A DNA stretch of 63,953 nucleotides, counting the filler, from Tortispora ganteri (taxonomy: Eukaryota): the NCBI GenBank assembly GCA_003707115.1. It is 21 parts of 21 records of this genome, joined end to end, with 100 filler letters (N's around TTAATTAATTAA, not from the genome) between each part and the next. Parts side by side here need not be neighbours in the genome. Positions count along the whole stretch, not along the records: positions 1 to 3,316 come from PPNB01000098.1; positions 3,417 to 6,729 come from PPNB01000099.1; positions 6,830 to 10,097 come from PPNB01000100.1; positions 10,198 to 13,397 come from PPNB01000101.1; 17 more parts are not named here. One strand, 5' to 3'. Positions 1 to 11,528 of this stretch are shown here, one piece after another (positions within the stretch are counted from its first letter, which is position 1; every line of letters starts with the position of its first letter). A program made the translations under genes and the position numbers. The notes beneath the pieces are model-generated. The model was given only the letters and a program-made list of their open reading frames with translations, was not told the origin of the DNA and did no database searches.

Positions 1-2
1 CT

Positions 3-965
3 ATGTATGTAGCGGTTGGACCTGTTGCAGCTGAATGTCTCGATGAGCCTACTATTGGAACTGGAGGCAAGAGTGCCTACAATACTGGAATAAATGTTGA
101 TAACCCGAGCACGGCGTTTTCTCAATTAATTATGGGACCGTTTAGTTCAGAGTACTGGTATGCTTTCCGAATTGTTGTTATTCTTGACGAAGACAATCTG
201 TCCGTTGAATGGGGAACATTTTTGGATTTCACGGGCACTACGGCTGAGTCTATAGAGTTTGCAGGCCGAGATATTCCGGCTTCTGCTGTTCCTGTTTTGA
301 GCTCCAGCTCCATATACGCACCGACTAGCCTATCATCTGTTACCTCTATGGCTGGGGGTTCTAGTTCTAGTCCGGTACCTATCGAGACATCTAGTTGTGT
401 TGCAATCGACTCTAATGCCGAACTATCGGGAGTATTTGCGGCGATGTATACATCGGATAATTACTATAGCGAGAGTGAAATTGTTGATGCGTCGTACAGG
501 TTTAACGAGCGGACTGTTTACTCGAATGACCTTAGTTACACTGACTATTCGGTGAGCTGGGTATTCCAAGGTGAAACCGCTGGACCTTCTGAAGTTGTTG
601 GCTATTTCAAGCCGAATACTGAAGCGATGTATGCATTATTTACATTGAACAATATTGTTGCAGCAGTTGAAAATGCTACAATGTATATAGCAATTGGGTC
701 TGTTGCTGCTGAATGTCTTGATGGATCGGCGATTGGCAGTGGTGGTCAAAGCTCGTACAACACTGGGCTGGATGTTAACAGCCCGAGTACTGCGTTCTCT
801 CAAATTATTATGGGATCATTTAGCTCTATGTACTGGTATCCATTCCGTGTTGTTGTTGTTATTGACCAAGAGAACCGGTTGGCAGCATGGAGTACGTTTT
901 TGGATTTCACAGCACTCAACGTGCAAGTTTCATTTGCAGGATATGATATTCCTGCGAGTGTATAA
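3..965 (+). CDS. 3' part of adhesin/flocculin-like protein with two tandem PA14/GLEYA-like beta domains (5'-partial)
   Basis: Internal duplication (MYVAVGPVAAECLD...YWYAFRIVV and MYIAIGSVAAECLD...YWYPFRVVV) separated by a Ser-rich linker; the YP(F/I)RIV strand resembles PA14/GLEYA adhesin domains. Confidence 0.7.
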   Translation: MYVAVGPVAAECLDEPTIGTGGKSAYNTGINVDNPSTAFSQLIMGPFSSEYWYAFRIVVILDEDNLSVEWGTFLDFTGTTAESIEFAGRDIPASAVPVLSSSSIYAPTSLSSVTSMAGGSSSSPVPIETSSCVAIDSNAELSGVFAAMYTSDNYYSESEIVDASYRFNERTVYSNDLSYTDYSVSWVFQGETAGPSEVVGYFKPNTEAMYALFTLNNIVAAVENATMYIAIGSVAAECLDGSAIGSGGQSSYNTGLDVNSPSTAFSQIIMGSFSSMYWYPFRVVVVIDQENRLAAWSTFLDFTALNVQVSFAGYDIPASV

Positions 966-2673
966 ATGTATATTTATAAAGATATTTATTTATGTATTTT
1001 TGAGTAAATACAGATGAATAGGGGAGTAGTAGTTGTTGTGGATTTCCAGGAAAATCAATACTGAAAAATGCAAGTATCTGAAAAGCCGGTTGAATCAGTG
1101 TGAGTGGAAATTAAAGTTAAATGAGTAGGAATTAAAGTTAAATGAGATTAGCTTCATAAATTGAATCAGCAGTACCTTAGTGCGAAAGTAGACTAGTGCG
1201 ATAATCGTGGTATTAATGGAAATAATCGCGTAGTAGAAAACTAATAAATCATTGAATTAAAGACTAGAAGATTGTAAATAATTTTTACAAAAATTATTAG
1301 ACAAATTTCATTGATTTTGGTAGAGTACAGAAACCTGATTTATTTTAATATAGGCAATGATTGGCACATGCCAAATATCATTATATTAGGCAAAGCGAGA
1401 AATAAAGTTTTTTTTTTTAAATCTCGTAATCGGGAGTATCTGGAACATAAATGAGATCTATGAACTTTGATAATGGCGCATCACACTAAAAAAAACCGCG
1501 TTGAAGAATCTATTAAATCTTTAAAATCTTGCAATACTATAGCTATTTAAGATGCAAGCATGTATAGAATAATTTGTTTAAAATTGAAGAATGTAGTGGG
1601 TTATCGAAAACAAGAAAACTACAAAGTTGTATGATTACATTATATGAAGAATTAGTAAGAACAAATAATATGCAGTAAATTCTCAATTTCAATGTAATTT
1701 TTTTCTTAATAAAGTTATGAGCTAAGTTTAATGATTGGTAAAAAATCCGGGCCTATATTAAAGATTTCTGAATTGTCAGAACATCGGGGAACCGGTCAGG
1801 TCATTTTACCGCAACTCGAGTTGCAAATTATGCAGTCGGAGATGAGTTTCCGAATCCGAAAAAGTCGAATAAATGGAAAAGTATAGAAATATTCATAAAA
1901 TAAGAATGAAATAAAATAGGAAATATGAAAGATTTTCCCCCCTACTAACCCCTCTTCAATAATTAAATTCATTAATGATAAATCATGCGATAATTGCGAT
2001 GATGTGCTATTTAGATAATTACTGTGAATCAGGGCGCTTTTTTTCAACTATTAACGACTCAATTAGATAGATTTAATAGCTCGAATAGAACTTAGTAGGC
2101 AGTTTTTTAAAAAAATTATTTAATTACTGCAACCCCAAGTGAGATTTTTCAGGGTTTGATTCAATCATATAACCTTGAATATGTACTTAAGCTCTCCACA
2201 TATATATTGATCTAAGCTCGTTTGAAACTTTATCTAACTTATAGAGAAATTATTACTTCTGAGCGGCCCGTACATATCAATAATTAGTCAATAATTTTTA
2301 CAATATAACGAATTACAATAGTTCTATTTCTATAAAAATCTTACCAGAAAACTGTTAACGCTGTAATACACTAAACGATACATGCACAGCTCTCGTTCTT
2401 GCCATTTAGTTTCTGTAGCCATGCGAAAGCACGAATTCAAGACTAAAAGTCGCTAGTGTGAACTTTAAAACTTTAATTACCTGGCAACCCATCAAGTCAC
2501 TCTCTTTCAACTTAACCACTATGACATACTCAAGGTGACTAGAAGAATGTCAAAAATGCTAGGCCAAATAAGATAATGATAAGTTTCAAGTGGAAAAGCT
2601 AATGAGATTTTATGGTTTCTGCTAGTACTTAAAAGAAACGCGAGGCACTGCTCTTTGCTCTCAATCACTCTTC

Positions 2674-3316
2674 ATGGTGCATACAGTATACAGTACTATC
2701 GTGGAAACGAACACGCTCATTTGCAGCCCACCTGTTGAGACTTCTACTGTCTACGGACGCTTGTACACTTCTGAGTCTGGTGCTACACGTGCGACCGTTT
2801 ACGACGATCAATGTGCGCCCCACGTGTCTACGGTTTCAGGCTGGTACTGCAACCAATGCACACCCGCTACGGTGACCTATGTACCTAGTCCGCCTCTCGT
2901 CAAAGACGACTGTACCTACGTTTGGTCTTATTACGAGTCTGTGTCTATTTCCGTGTCGGTTGACGTGCACGTCTCCATTGAGATTCCAGTCATTATCACG
3001 GAGACTATAGCACCTGCGCCTCCGCCTACCCACCCCGCTACAGCTACCGCGACTGTTCCTACGACTGTTCCTACGACTGTGCCCACGACTGTGCCCACGA
3101 CTGTGCCCACTACTGTGCCTGCAGACGCATGCTCAACCGCACCTGCCTACAACGCAGGCCAAGCATTTGCCGCTATATACGAGGGCGCAGTAGACTTGTC
3201 GTCCAGCGATATCCAGAACGGTGACTACAGGAACTATCAGCGAGACGACGTGGCCGCCACGGTCTCGTCAAACTCTATATCGGCATCAGTTTCCGAACAA
3301 GGCTACGTCGAGTACC
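2674..3316 (+). CDS. Adhesin-like family member (Cys-rich N-terminal domain, TTVP repeats, start of PA14/GLEYA-like domain); 3'-partial, 5' end degenerate
   Basis: Close paralog of 39151-41362 and 58709-61359; the upstream signal-peptide region is recognisable but disrupted. Confidence 0.65.
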
Positions 3317-3416
3317 NNNNNNNNNNNNNNNNNNNNNNNNNNNNNNNNNNNNNNNNNNNNTTAATTAATTAANNNNNNNNNNNNNNNNNNNNNNNNNNNN
3401 NNNNNNNNNNNNNNNN
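3317..3416. other. Artificial contig linker (44N + TTAATTAATTAA + 44N), first of 20 identical linkers
   Basis: Same 100-nt spacer with stops in all six frames starts at 3317, 6730, 10098, 13398, 16654, 19890, 23090, 26259, 29422, 32476, 35509, 38503, 41363, 44309, 47218, 50090, 52956, 55790, 58609 and 61360. Confidence 0.99.
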
Positions 3417-4305
3417 GCCCCTTTATTGAAATGAGCTTGTCTATATCGCTAGGATTCAGCTCACGTATACCTTGCTTAGTGTCGAGGCCGTACGGACGGA
3501 CCTTGTAAATTATACTGCCGATACGGTCTTTTTCTTGTTCCTTGTGTTCTAAAGGAATTTCAATTAGATCGTCCACTAGGTCCGCCATCATTGTTCTAAT
3601 GGCTTGATCCATAATGGGAATGACTTCTTGCGGGTAGTTTATAGACTGATAGAAGAGTCTTTTTGCGGGGGTATAGCTCTTTATGTCATTTAGGTCTAGA
3701 TTGAGACACGTCAGTTCCTTTTGGTACATATTCCTCAGTGCATCCATGTATATGAGATCTTCTCCTTCACCAGGGGCGTAATCAATTTCATCCATTTCGA
3801 GCCTGTACCGTCGCTTGAATTGGCGCAGGAATTCGAGGAACATGTCAGTGCAGTCTTGGACATTGATATTAGTTCCCCATATAACTTGTGTCGGCTCATC
3901 TGAGTTGACGGACATTGGGCTACTGGCCGAATCTAAACCGTGGCTTACACCTAGCGAACCAGCGTCGACCATTCGGCGGTCAGAAGGCGACAGCAGCGTG
4001 GTATTTCTAATATCGCCGCGATAGGTGCGACTAGACCCTTCAGACCTTAAATCTGCTCGCAGAGTAGAAGATGGAGTACCAGAACTCGAGTATCCGAGTG
4101 GCGTACTAGAACGCGTACCGCGGGAATTCAAAGATATAGGAGTGCGTATGTTTGCTGGAGTCTCCCCGAGCGAACTGCTAGGATACTCCATGCGGCTTCC
4201 AGAAGACGGAGTGTTGTCATCTACAAACAGGCGTCCGTTATTGCGGTCAGTCCCTCTTTCTGGCGTTTCGCCGATACTCGAAGAGATATCCAGAGGTGAC
4301 GACAT
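3417..4305 (-). CDS. MCM4: DNA replication licensing factor MCM4, N-terminal part
   Basis: S/TP-rich disordered N-terminus, VIWGTNINVQDC, NYPQEVIPIMD, YKVRPY, RELNPSDIDKLISIKG motifs. Confidence 0.95.
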
Positions 4306-4378
4306 TGTGCAGCTATTGATGCAAGTGAACGGTTAGTAAAGATTGCAGAAAAGAAAGTAAGGGGGTGTGTACGTCTTT

Positions 4379-4390
4379 ACGCGTTCGCGT
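4379..4390. promoter_or_regulatory. Tandem MCB elements (ACGCGT + TCGCGT) upstream of MCM4
   Basis: MluI cell-cycle boxes about 75 bp upstream of a G1/S replication gene. Confidence 0.7.
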
Positions 4391-4407
4391 CTAGAACTTT
4401 AATTCAC

Positions 4408-4890
4408 ATATATCCCGAATAGGCAATAAGTCTGCATTGAGCTGCAGTGCTGCATGCCTAAACCCATACCTCTTAAAGCTAGTAATAATGTTTACGTTTC
4501 TGCTCTATTCTTCACAAATATAAAAATATTTCATACCTTGGCGAAGTAGCATTTTGTACAACTCTAGAGCGTTTCAGTTACTCGACCACTAACCAAGGCT
4601 CCTAGCTTGGGCTATAAGTCTTCATCTTGAGCATTGGTGTAAATTTCCAAAATAAGCTCTTATTGGCTAATATTAGTCATGTGACATACCTTAATATTCT
4701 AAATCATTGCCTCTGAATGGTCAGTCTTTTATCCCCTGAACCCTGACAATAAATTTGTAACACCCTAACCTGATAATCATGTGTTATTATTGGTCAAAAC
4801 AAATAAGAACCTTAAATTTTGCTTTGCTACAATTTATTGGCTTATTTTGAACCGTTCTCATATTTGGTAAGCGGGCAGCTTTTATTGGCC
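4408..4890. repeat. Degenerate copy of the CCAAT/Cbf1/telobox repeat module
   Basis: ATTGG at 4633, 4662, 4789, 4836, 4884 (47-48 bp phasing of the last three), GTCATGTGAC at 4676, ACCCTAACCTGA at 4762; matches motifs in 37315-38308. Confidence 0.55.
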
Positions 4891-5696
4891 AATTGCAATT
4901 AAGCGACACTTTAATACAGATGTAGGCATATGGTTTGGTTTATTTGTTTAAAAAATTGCAATAGGATATTAAGAAAAGTACATTATTAACAATCAGCATA
5001 TAGACTCTAGTATAGTTTTTTTAAAAATCCTTCAGAGCGTAAAACTGGCGGTAAAAACATCATATGTCGTATGTAGAAATAAAGTCATCTATTGCACAGA
5101 TAGATTAGCATTAATGTAATATTAAAGGATTCTACTGAATAATAGTAACTGTTATAGTAATATTGCTTGATTTTACAGTCTAGCTTAAGCATAGACGTCT
5201 TTAACTGAGCTTCTCGTATTCGGACAACAGATCGCTGGGGTATATGATTGCTGCGGTTTAACACGACCAATTCAAAGAAACTAGGTCTGTATTTAGTCTT
5301 AAATACAATTAAACGTAGTTATTAACAGTTTTTTATTCTTTTTTATGTAGTGCTTTCTATACATTTTGATCGTATTTGATCATATTGACCGGTTTTCTGG
5401 TGAACCTTGTTAATCATAGCCGATCGTGCAATAGCGGTTTTAGACACTATAAGTACATATTCTCAGGCTTAGAGCTTTTGACTTAAAGGCTAAGAAAAAT
5501 CAAAAACTTCTTCTTATTTGTTCTGGAGGCTGTTATTCTTGAAATTAGCACATTCACTGCAACAGCGTCTACCTCTTCCGAGACAAAGTTGCTTTCCTAG
5601 AATTGAGAAGTTAATCCTTATTACTGGGTACCCGAAGTTGTCTCATTTCCTGACCATCCAACAGACCGAGAAATCGACAAATACCCTATATATTAT

Positions 5697-6729
5697 ATGC
5701 TTCTCAACGCCAGATTACATAGACTAAGGCCGCTAAATGGTTTTCTGAATATCGCACGACTGCATTCAGGACACAGAAGCCAGGCGATGCCTGTACACCA
5801 TTTACGGTCTTTTTCTGCAGACGAAGAGAATCTACGGGCACTCTTTGACGAGCAGAAATCTCAGCCTAAAATCTTCGAATCGTTCGATGTGAATGCCGGA
5901 TTTCTTATGGTTCCGGGTCTAAAGGGCCCTACAGACTTAGTCAATTTCTCAAATAAGTGTCTAGAGAAATCTCATATTCTTTTGAAACGAATACTTACTG
6001 ACGGCGCCGAAGGAAAAGAACTGAACAAGATCGTCAAATTGTTAGACGTTTTATCTGACACTTTATGTCAAGCTATTGATCTTTCTGAGTTTATTAGGAC
6101 TTCTGGGATTTCTCCAGCTTTCTCTAGAGCGGCTGAACAGGTCTACGAGCGGATGTTCGAGTTTATGAATATTTTAAATACATCCGAAGAGCTGTATCAG
6201 TTGTTATTGCATATTAAGAATAGATCAGACGTATGGAACTCTCTTGGTCACGAAGAACAAATGGTTGCAGATATTTTGCTTTATGACTTTGAGAAGTCTG
6301 GCGTTAATAGAGGTCACCATACAAGGAAACAATTCATTGAACTGTCAAATCGGATCGACAATGCCGGAAGAGACTTTGTGATGAACGCCTACCCGGAAAA
6401 GGACTCTATTGAATTGCCTGTTTCTCAGCTTTCTGGAGTAGACCCCAGCGTTCAGTCTAAGCTACCAATAAGAAGAGGTTACGCAACAGTGCCTACTACC
6501 GGTCCAATCGCTCACCATATCATGACCACCGCCGACAGCGCTGACACCCGTCGAGAGCTTTGGCTGGCTGACAGAAAAACTTCAGATAGACAAGTCTCTC
6601 GTCTGGAAACGTTATTGAAGACGCGTGCAGAACTGGCGCAGACTTTGGGGTTTCAATCTTATGGAGAGTACCAGCTTCGCGACAAAATGGCAAAATCACC
6701 TCGTGCAGTGAAAAGATTTCTTGAGAACA
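5697..6729 (+). CDS. OCT1: Mitochondrial intermediate peptidase (M3 family), 3'-partial
   Basis: Arg-rich presequence; LDVLSDTLCQAIDLSEFIR, MFEFMNILNT, DFEKSG, RAELAQTLGFQSY, KMAKSP motifs. Confidence 0.92.
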
Positions 6730-6829
6730 NNNNNNNNNNNNNNNNNNNNNNNNNNNNNNNNNNNNNNNNNNNNTTAATTAATTAANNNNNNNNNNNNNNN
6801 NNNNNNNNNNNNNNNNNNNNNNNNNNNNN

Positions 6830-7335
6830 GGCACATGTACGAACCTAGTACGGATGATTTGGAGAGAATGAAAGAAATGGAAAAAGAGCGCATCGAACGT
6901 GAGAAAGAAGCGCAAATGAAAAAAATACGCGCGCAACGCTATAAAGACTCTTATCATGATTTGAAAGATGATTGGCAGGTCGAAAAGGAGATGATATTCA
7001 AAAACACAGAATTAGATTACGATAAAGAACAGGTCATGAAAGATTTGGATGCCTCTTCAAAAGCGGAAGCTATCGCTAAACAAGCAGCCAAAAAGCCCGC
7101 TATTGGTAAAATTATTACTGATCCTGCAAATGATGCAAATTCTCTGAAAGAACTTGCAGATGCAGATGAGGGTGTTATAGAGGACGACATGATTGACCCT
7201 AATGCCGACCCCCGAAAGAGAGCTGCACAGGAAGCCACTTTGAAAAGAAACAAATTGAACATTGTTCCTGTTGACAGAGTTGCTGAAGAAAGTACAGAGA
7301 AAGACAAAGAGGCTAAGAATGAAGGAGTTCTATGA
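6830..7335 (+). CDS. Charged C-terminal part of an unidentified protein (5'-partial)
   Basis: Open frame from contig start, K/E-rich; conserved in allele 44409-44914. Confidence 0.65.
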
Positions 7336-7704
7336 TTATTTAGCAATTGGTTTTGTTTTATACTGTGTACGTTTTGTTTTTTTTTTTTTTGGTTCTTTCT
7401 CAGTATGCTTTATTACTTAGTTATACAAGTTAAAAGCACGGTATTGCATACATTCATTTCCAAAGATATTATCTACGCATTCTAGAACTTTGCGAATTTT
7501 TACTTGTTTCATATGCTATTTTATTCACTATGCGGCGATTATTAGCTGCATTGACTAGCAACATTTATCACATATGCATGTCTCCTCTTCTTTCCCCGTT
7601 GTCTTACCTGTTGTCAACAGCCTCCTAACCGCACCTACCCCTTTTGCTTACACCGATCACTATCCACCCCGGAATCTCACTTTAACTTAGATAAATGATT
7701 TATA

Positions 7705-10097
7705 ATGTCTTCATACAACTCCTCGTATAGTCGTTCAAATAAGCGACCAGCTACTAGTAATCTCAATGCTTCTATAATTGAAGAAGAAGCTGTTGAGTCT
7801 GGAGATGAAACCGCCCAATCAACTACTGTTACTGTCCCTATATGGTTTCACGAATCACATATATGTCAATACCCTGCTGTAATTGATTTATCGCTATTTC
7901 CAGATATTAAAGAAAACTTTGATATTATTGAATTAGTTCCTGGATCAGAGCGGCAACGGCGACTTACGAGATCCTCACGCGAAGGCTCTGTGACGAGATC
8001 TTCGCATGCCTCCAGCGAGCGGGAGACATTCATTAAATCAGCAAATATTAATTCTCACAATATAAATCATGCAGCTTCAAATTCTGGTAGTTTCTATTTT
8101 GTTGCAAGATCATTACCGCCTGAGGTTGGCAAAGGTCAGAACCTCAAACTGTCCGTTCTTCGTGAAGGCCTGCAACATTCCCTGTCTCTGTTCCCACGGG
8201 CAATGGTCAATTTACGCCGAGTTGAACACCGTGAAAGTATTATTGCTGATCTTATAGAAATTGGAATTAAAGATATTAACCTTTCCAGGGCTGATCAATG
8301 GCATATCTCTGCCAGTCTCAGAAATCAATGTGTTTACTCCTCAGAAAGGATCACGTTCTTGAAGGCTATACGTGTTTCTGTAAATTCGATATTCAAACGA
8401 GGTCGCAAACAATTCTCGGCACTTATCGGACCGAACACAAAAATTGTATACCGCACAGAATCTGCTAAATATACAATACTTCTACAGATGTCCCGTGAAA
8501 TGTGGTACTTTGACGAACATGGAGAGATCCTGTTCCATAAAGTCATCAACTCGCTTCTTCCTGAGCTAATATCCAGATGGAATACGGCCGGCGTATCGCA
8601 TTTTGTTTCAATAATCTTGTTCACTTCGGTTGATTTATCAAATGGAACTACTCCTTATCGACCAGGAAAACGACCAAAGAAAACTCTCGATTATTACAAG
8701 GTAATTGTAAATAACGTTGCATTAACGAGATGGAGCGATATCATGCAAACACTACGAAAGGAATTTTGTGCCTTCTTAGAGAATGTACTCCAGCAACCTG
8801 ATGTTGCCAATTCAGATGATACTTCTTCAGAAACACCTGAACGCATAATCGGCTCTTTATTACCCGCTATTCAAGGAAATATACTCGAAGCTATTAACAT
8901 GTCTTTGACACAAGCTGACAGAGATACTACTGATACTACTTTTAAGCACACAGGTATACAAACAGTGATTGTTACTCCAAGTGCAGGTCTCTTTGACGTT
9001 GACTACGATCTGCTTTACCGCACAGGCGAAATCTTGTTAGAAGAAGGAACCGGTATTGACTTTGTTTCATTGCAGAATATGCCTTTATATGTTTCACCTG
9101 CACTGAGATTTCTTGAAACAGAATCTAATGACCTCATATATTGTCTGCCACACTGGGCGCAGATATCTTTTTGGCCAAATTTCGAGAGGGCTTATACATT
9201 TACATCTTGGAAACCTAGCTGTCAAATGTACGAGATTCAAATGACTGGAGTAATGGAAGACGAGCTAAGTTCTATTAGTATAGAGCCTTTGTTGCCTCCT
9301 CCAGCTGAAAAGTCTGAACATCAGTGGATGACTGAATATGATGAATCCATATTTCTTCCTGTTCATCCAGATTCTGATTTCCCTGATTTAATGAAACAAT
9401 TTGGATTTGGAAAGGAATCAGTAAGCCCTGATGATTCGAGGTACGGTCATACAAGTAGCGAGCTATCTGGCTCAGTAAAGAATTCTCTTGATAGAGGTTT
9501 TGAGAATAGTTTCCCGGATAGAATGACTCCGACAACTGACATTGGATCTTCTGATAAAGATTCAAAGGCTCCAAAACACACGGTAGTGGGATTTAAAATC
9601 TCCTCGACATCTTCTGACAAGAGCTCCAACACCGATTCAACATCTCGTGTACCATCATACGCGACGCCCAAACTAATGTCTGTCGCTTCAACTAAGCGCG
9701 GCCCTCTGTCTGCAGTGGTCGTAGACCCACGGACGGTAGTGAATGATACAACTGGTCTACATGTACTGGACGATTCTCGTTCGTTATTATCTAAACCATC
9801 AGTCAGCACGCTCAAAAGCATTGGGTCCACAAGGCCCGTTAAGGCACTGCCGGAAACAGACTCGGATGTATCAAGCACTATGGCCGCGCACTTTGAGAAT
9901 TTAGATGAGAATATCTCGCATGAACGCGCCATTCCTACAAAATCATATACTCCAAGTTCTCAGGGACAAGATTTACAGACCACCATGGATCTTAGTAGAA
10001 GTCCTAACTCTAAAAAATCAAAAAGTTTCAGGTCGGAAACTTCCTTGAGGGCTCCTGTATCTGTTCCTTCGAGTAATCATAGAAAAATTCGCGGAGG
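7705..10097 (+). CDS. IML1: SEACIT/GATOR1 subunit IML1 (DEPDC5 ortholog), 3'-partial
   Basis: TKIVYRTESAKYTILLQMSREMWYFDEHGEILFHKVINSLLPEL, GNILEAIN, TPSAGLFDVDYDLL, C.MYEIQM.G.ME motifs. Confidence 0.95.
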
Positions 10098-10208
10098 NNN
10101 NNNNNNNNNNNNNNNNNNNNNNNNNNNNNNNNNNNNNNNNNTTAATTAATTAANNNNNNNNNNNNNNNNNNNNNNNNNNNNNNNNNNNNNNNNNNNNAAC
10201 GACATATC

Positions 10209-11039
10209 ATGACTAAAACTCGATTCATACCATGTAAATATTACCGGGAAGGGTACTGTAAAAAGAGAGATCTTTGTGAGTATAATCATAAAAGGATAAA
10301 AAAACTAGTCAAAGCTGATTCCGTAAATGAGACTTGTTCAGTTTGCAAGGAACCGATCAATAAGCGGACAGTTTGTCTCATGCTCTTCTGCATGCATAGT
10401 TTTTGTTCCACATGCATCACAGACTGGAGTAGAACATGTAAAACTGAAAAGAAACCGTTATCTTGTCCACTATGTCGGAAAGGTGAGCGGTACATTGTCG
10501 TGCCAGTGTTCCCTAAGAATCGTCAAAAGGCGTTAGATCTTTTTGAAGACTCGTTATTACATATGTTTGAAACTTCCGAACAGAATATGGTTGCAAACCC
10601 GGCATTAATAAGCATCGCGAAATACTTGAGTAAATACAAATCTGAAATTAACCAGCGTGAATCTTTAGCTTATGAATTGAGTGCTTTCTTTAAGGAATCA
10701 AGCTATCTCTTAGTTGAGTCTTTCCAGACCATGAAGAAACAGCCGTTAATTGTCAATCTATGGAAAAGACTGTATGTTACACTGGCTGTAGCATACGTAA
10801 ATAGCGAGGTATCACTCTGTGAGGATATTATTATTGTTTTGCATACGCTTTACGATCCACAAAAACCTATGACTGAAGTCTACCATGAAGTTGAAACCTT
10901 TATGGACAAGTATCCACGATTAGCGCACAATTTTAGATCAATTTTGAACGCACCGCATGCTGAATCTAAAGCAGATTGTTTTTTTTTTTTGAATCTTTCA
11001 GCTTTATTAGTCGACACTCCTCACGCAATTAAAAAATAA
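10209..11039 (+). CDS. CCCH zinc finger + RING finger protein (makorin-like E3 ligase)
   Basis: CKYYREGYCKKRDLCEYNH followed by CSVC...CMHSFCSTC...CPLCR (C3HC4). Confidence 0.8.
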   Translation: MTKTRFIPCKYYREGYCKKRDLCEYNHKRIKKLVKADSVNETCSVCKEPINKRTVCLMLFCMHSFCSTCITDWSRTCKTEKKPLSCPLCRKGERYIVVPVFPKNRQKALDLFEDSLLHMFETSEQNMVANPALISIAKYLSKYKSEINQRESLAYELSAFFKESSYLLVESFQTMKKQPLIVNLWKRLYVTLAVAYVNSEVSLCEDIIIVLHTLYDPQKPMTEVYHEVETFMDKYPRLAHNFRSILNAPHAESKADCFFFLNLSALLVDTPHAIKK

Positions 11040-11125
11040 TGGGTTCACCACTTCTTGCACGGGACCCTTGCCTGCTTTGCCCACTGGGACTTAGCCTTTA
11101 CCATAACATCTTTCTTCTGTCGACA

Positions 11126-11355
11126 ATGAGTACCGCCTCTTCGCAAGTCGAAAAAGTTGAAGCTTCAATCAAAGAATTGGTAAGTATCACAATTTTGTGT
11201 GAAACTTTACGATTATTTTTTTCTAACAATAACGGAAGATGAATGAGATTCAGCGTAATGCGGAAATGATAACACAACACACCAAGGAACTGGATCAACG
11301 ACTAGACGAGATGGAAGCTAAATTCTCTAAACCGAAACCTCAGATTAGTAAATGA
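11126..11355 (+). CDS. Spliced ~56-aa coiled-coil micro-protein, HSBP1-like (exons 11126-11179 and 11239-11355)
   Basis: GTAAGT donor at 11180, CTAAC branch at 11223, in-frame AG acceptor at 11238 (or 11253); product MSTASSQVEKVEASIKELMNEIQRNAEMITQHTKELDQRLDEMEAKFSKPKPQISK; a synonymous difference is seen in the second allele. Confidence 0.7.
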
Positions 11356-11528
11356 GTTCAGTTCAATCTTTATATATTTTAATAACAATTTACGTCCGAT
11401 ACGGTAATATTAATAATAACAATAATAATAATAATAACACTGTAGAATACAGTATTTGGCTGTGTCAATTGACACAAGAGACTTTTTTGGGTTGTACCCT
11501 CCCCTAACGCGTACACATTTGTAGACAT

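Noticed and set aside
3361..3372. Regularly spaced TTAATTAATTAA palindrome, and ORFs ending in X...LIN
   Set aside because: Assembly linker with six-frame stops embedded in Ns; not biological, and adjacency across linkers carries no information
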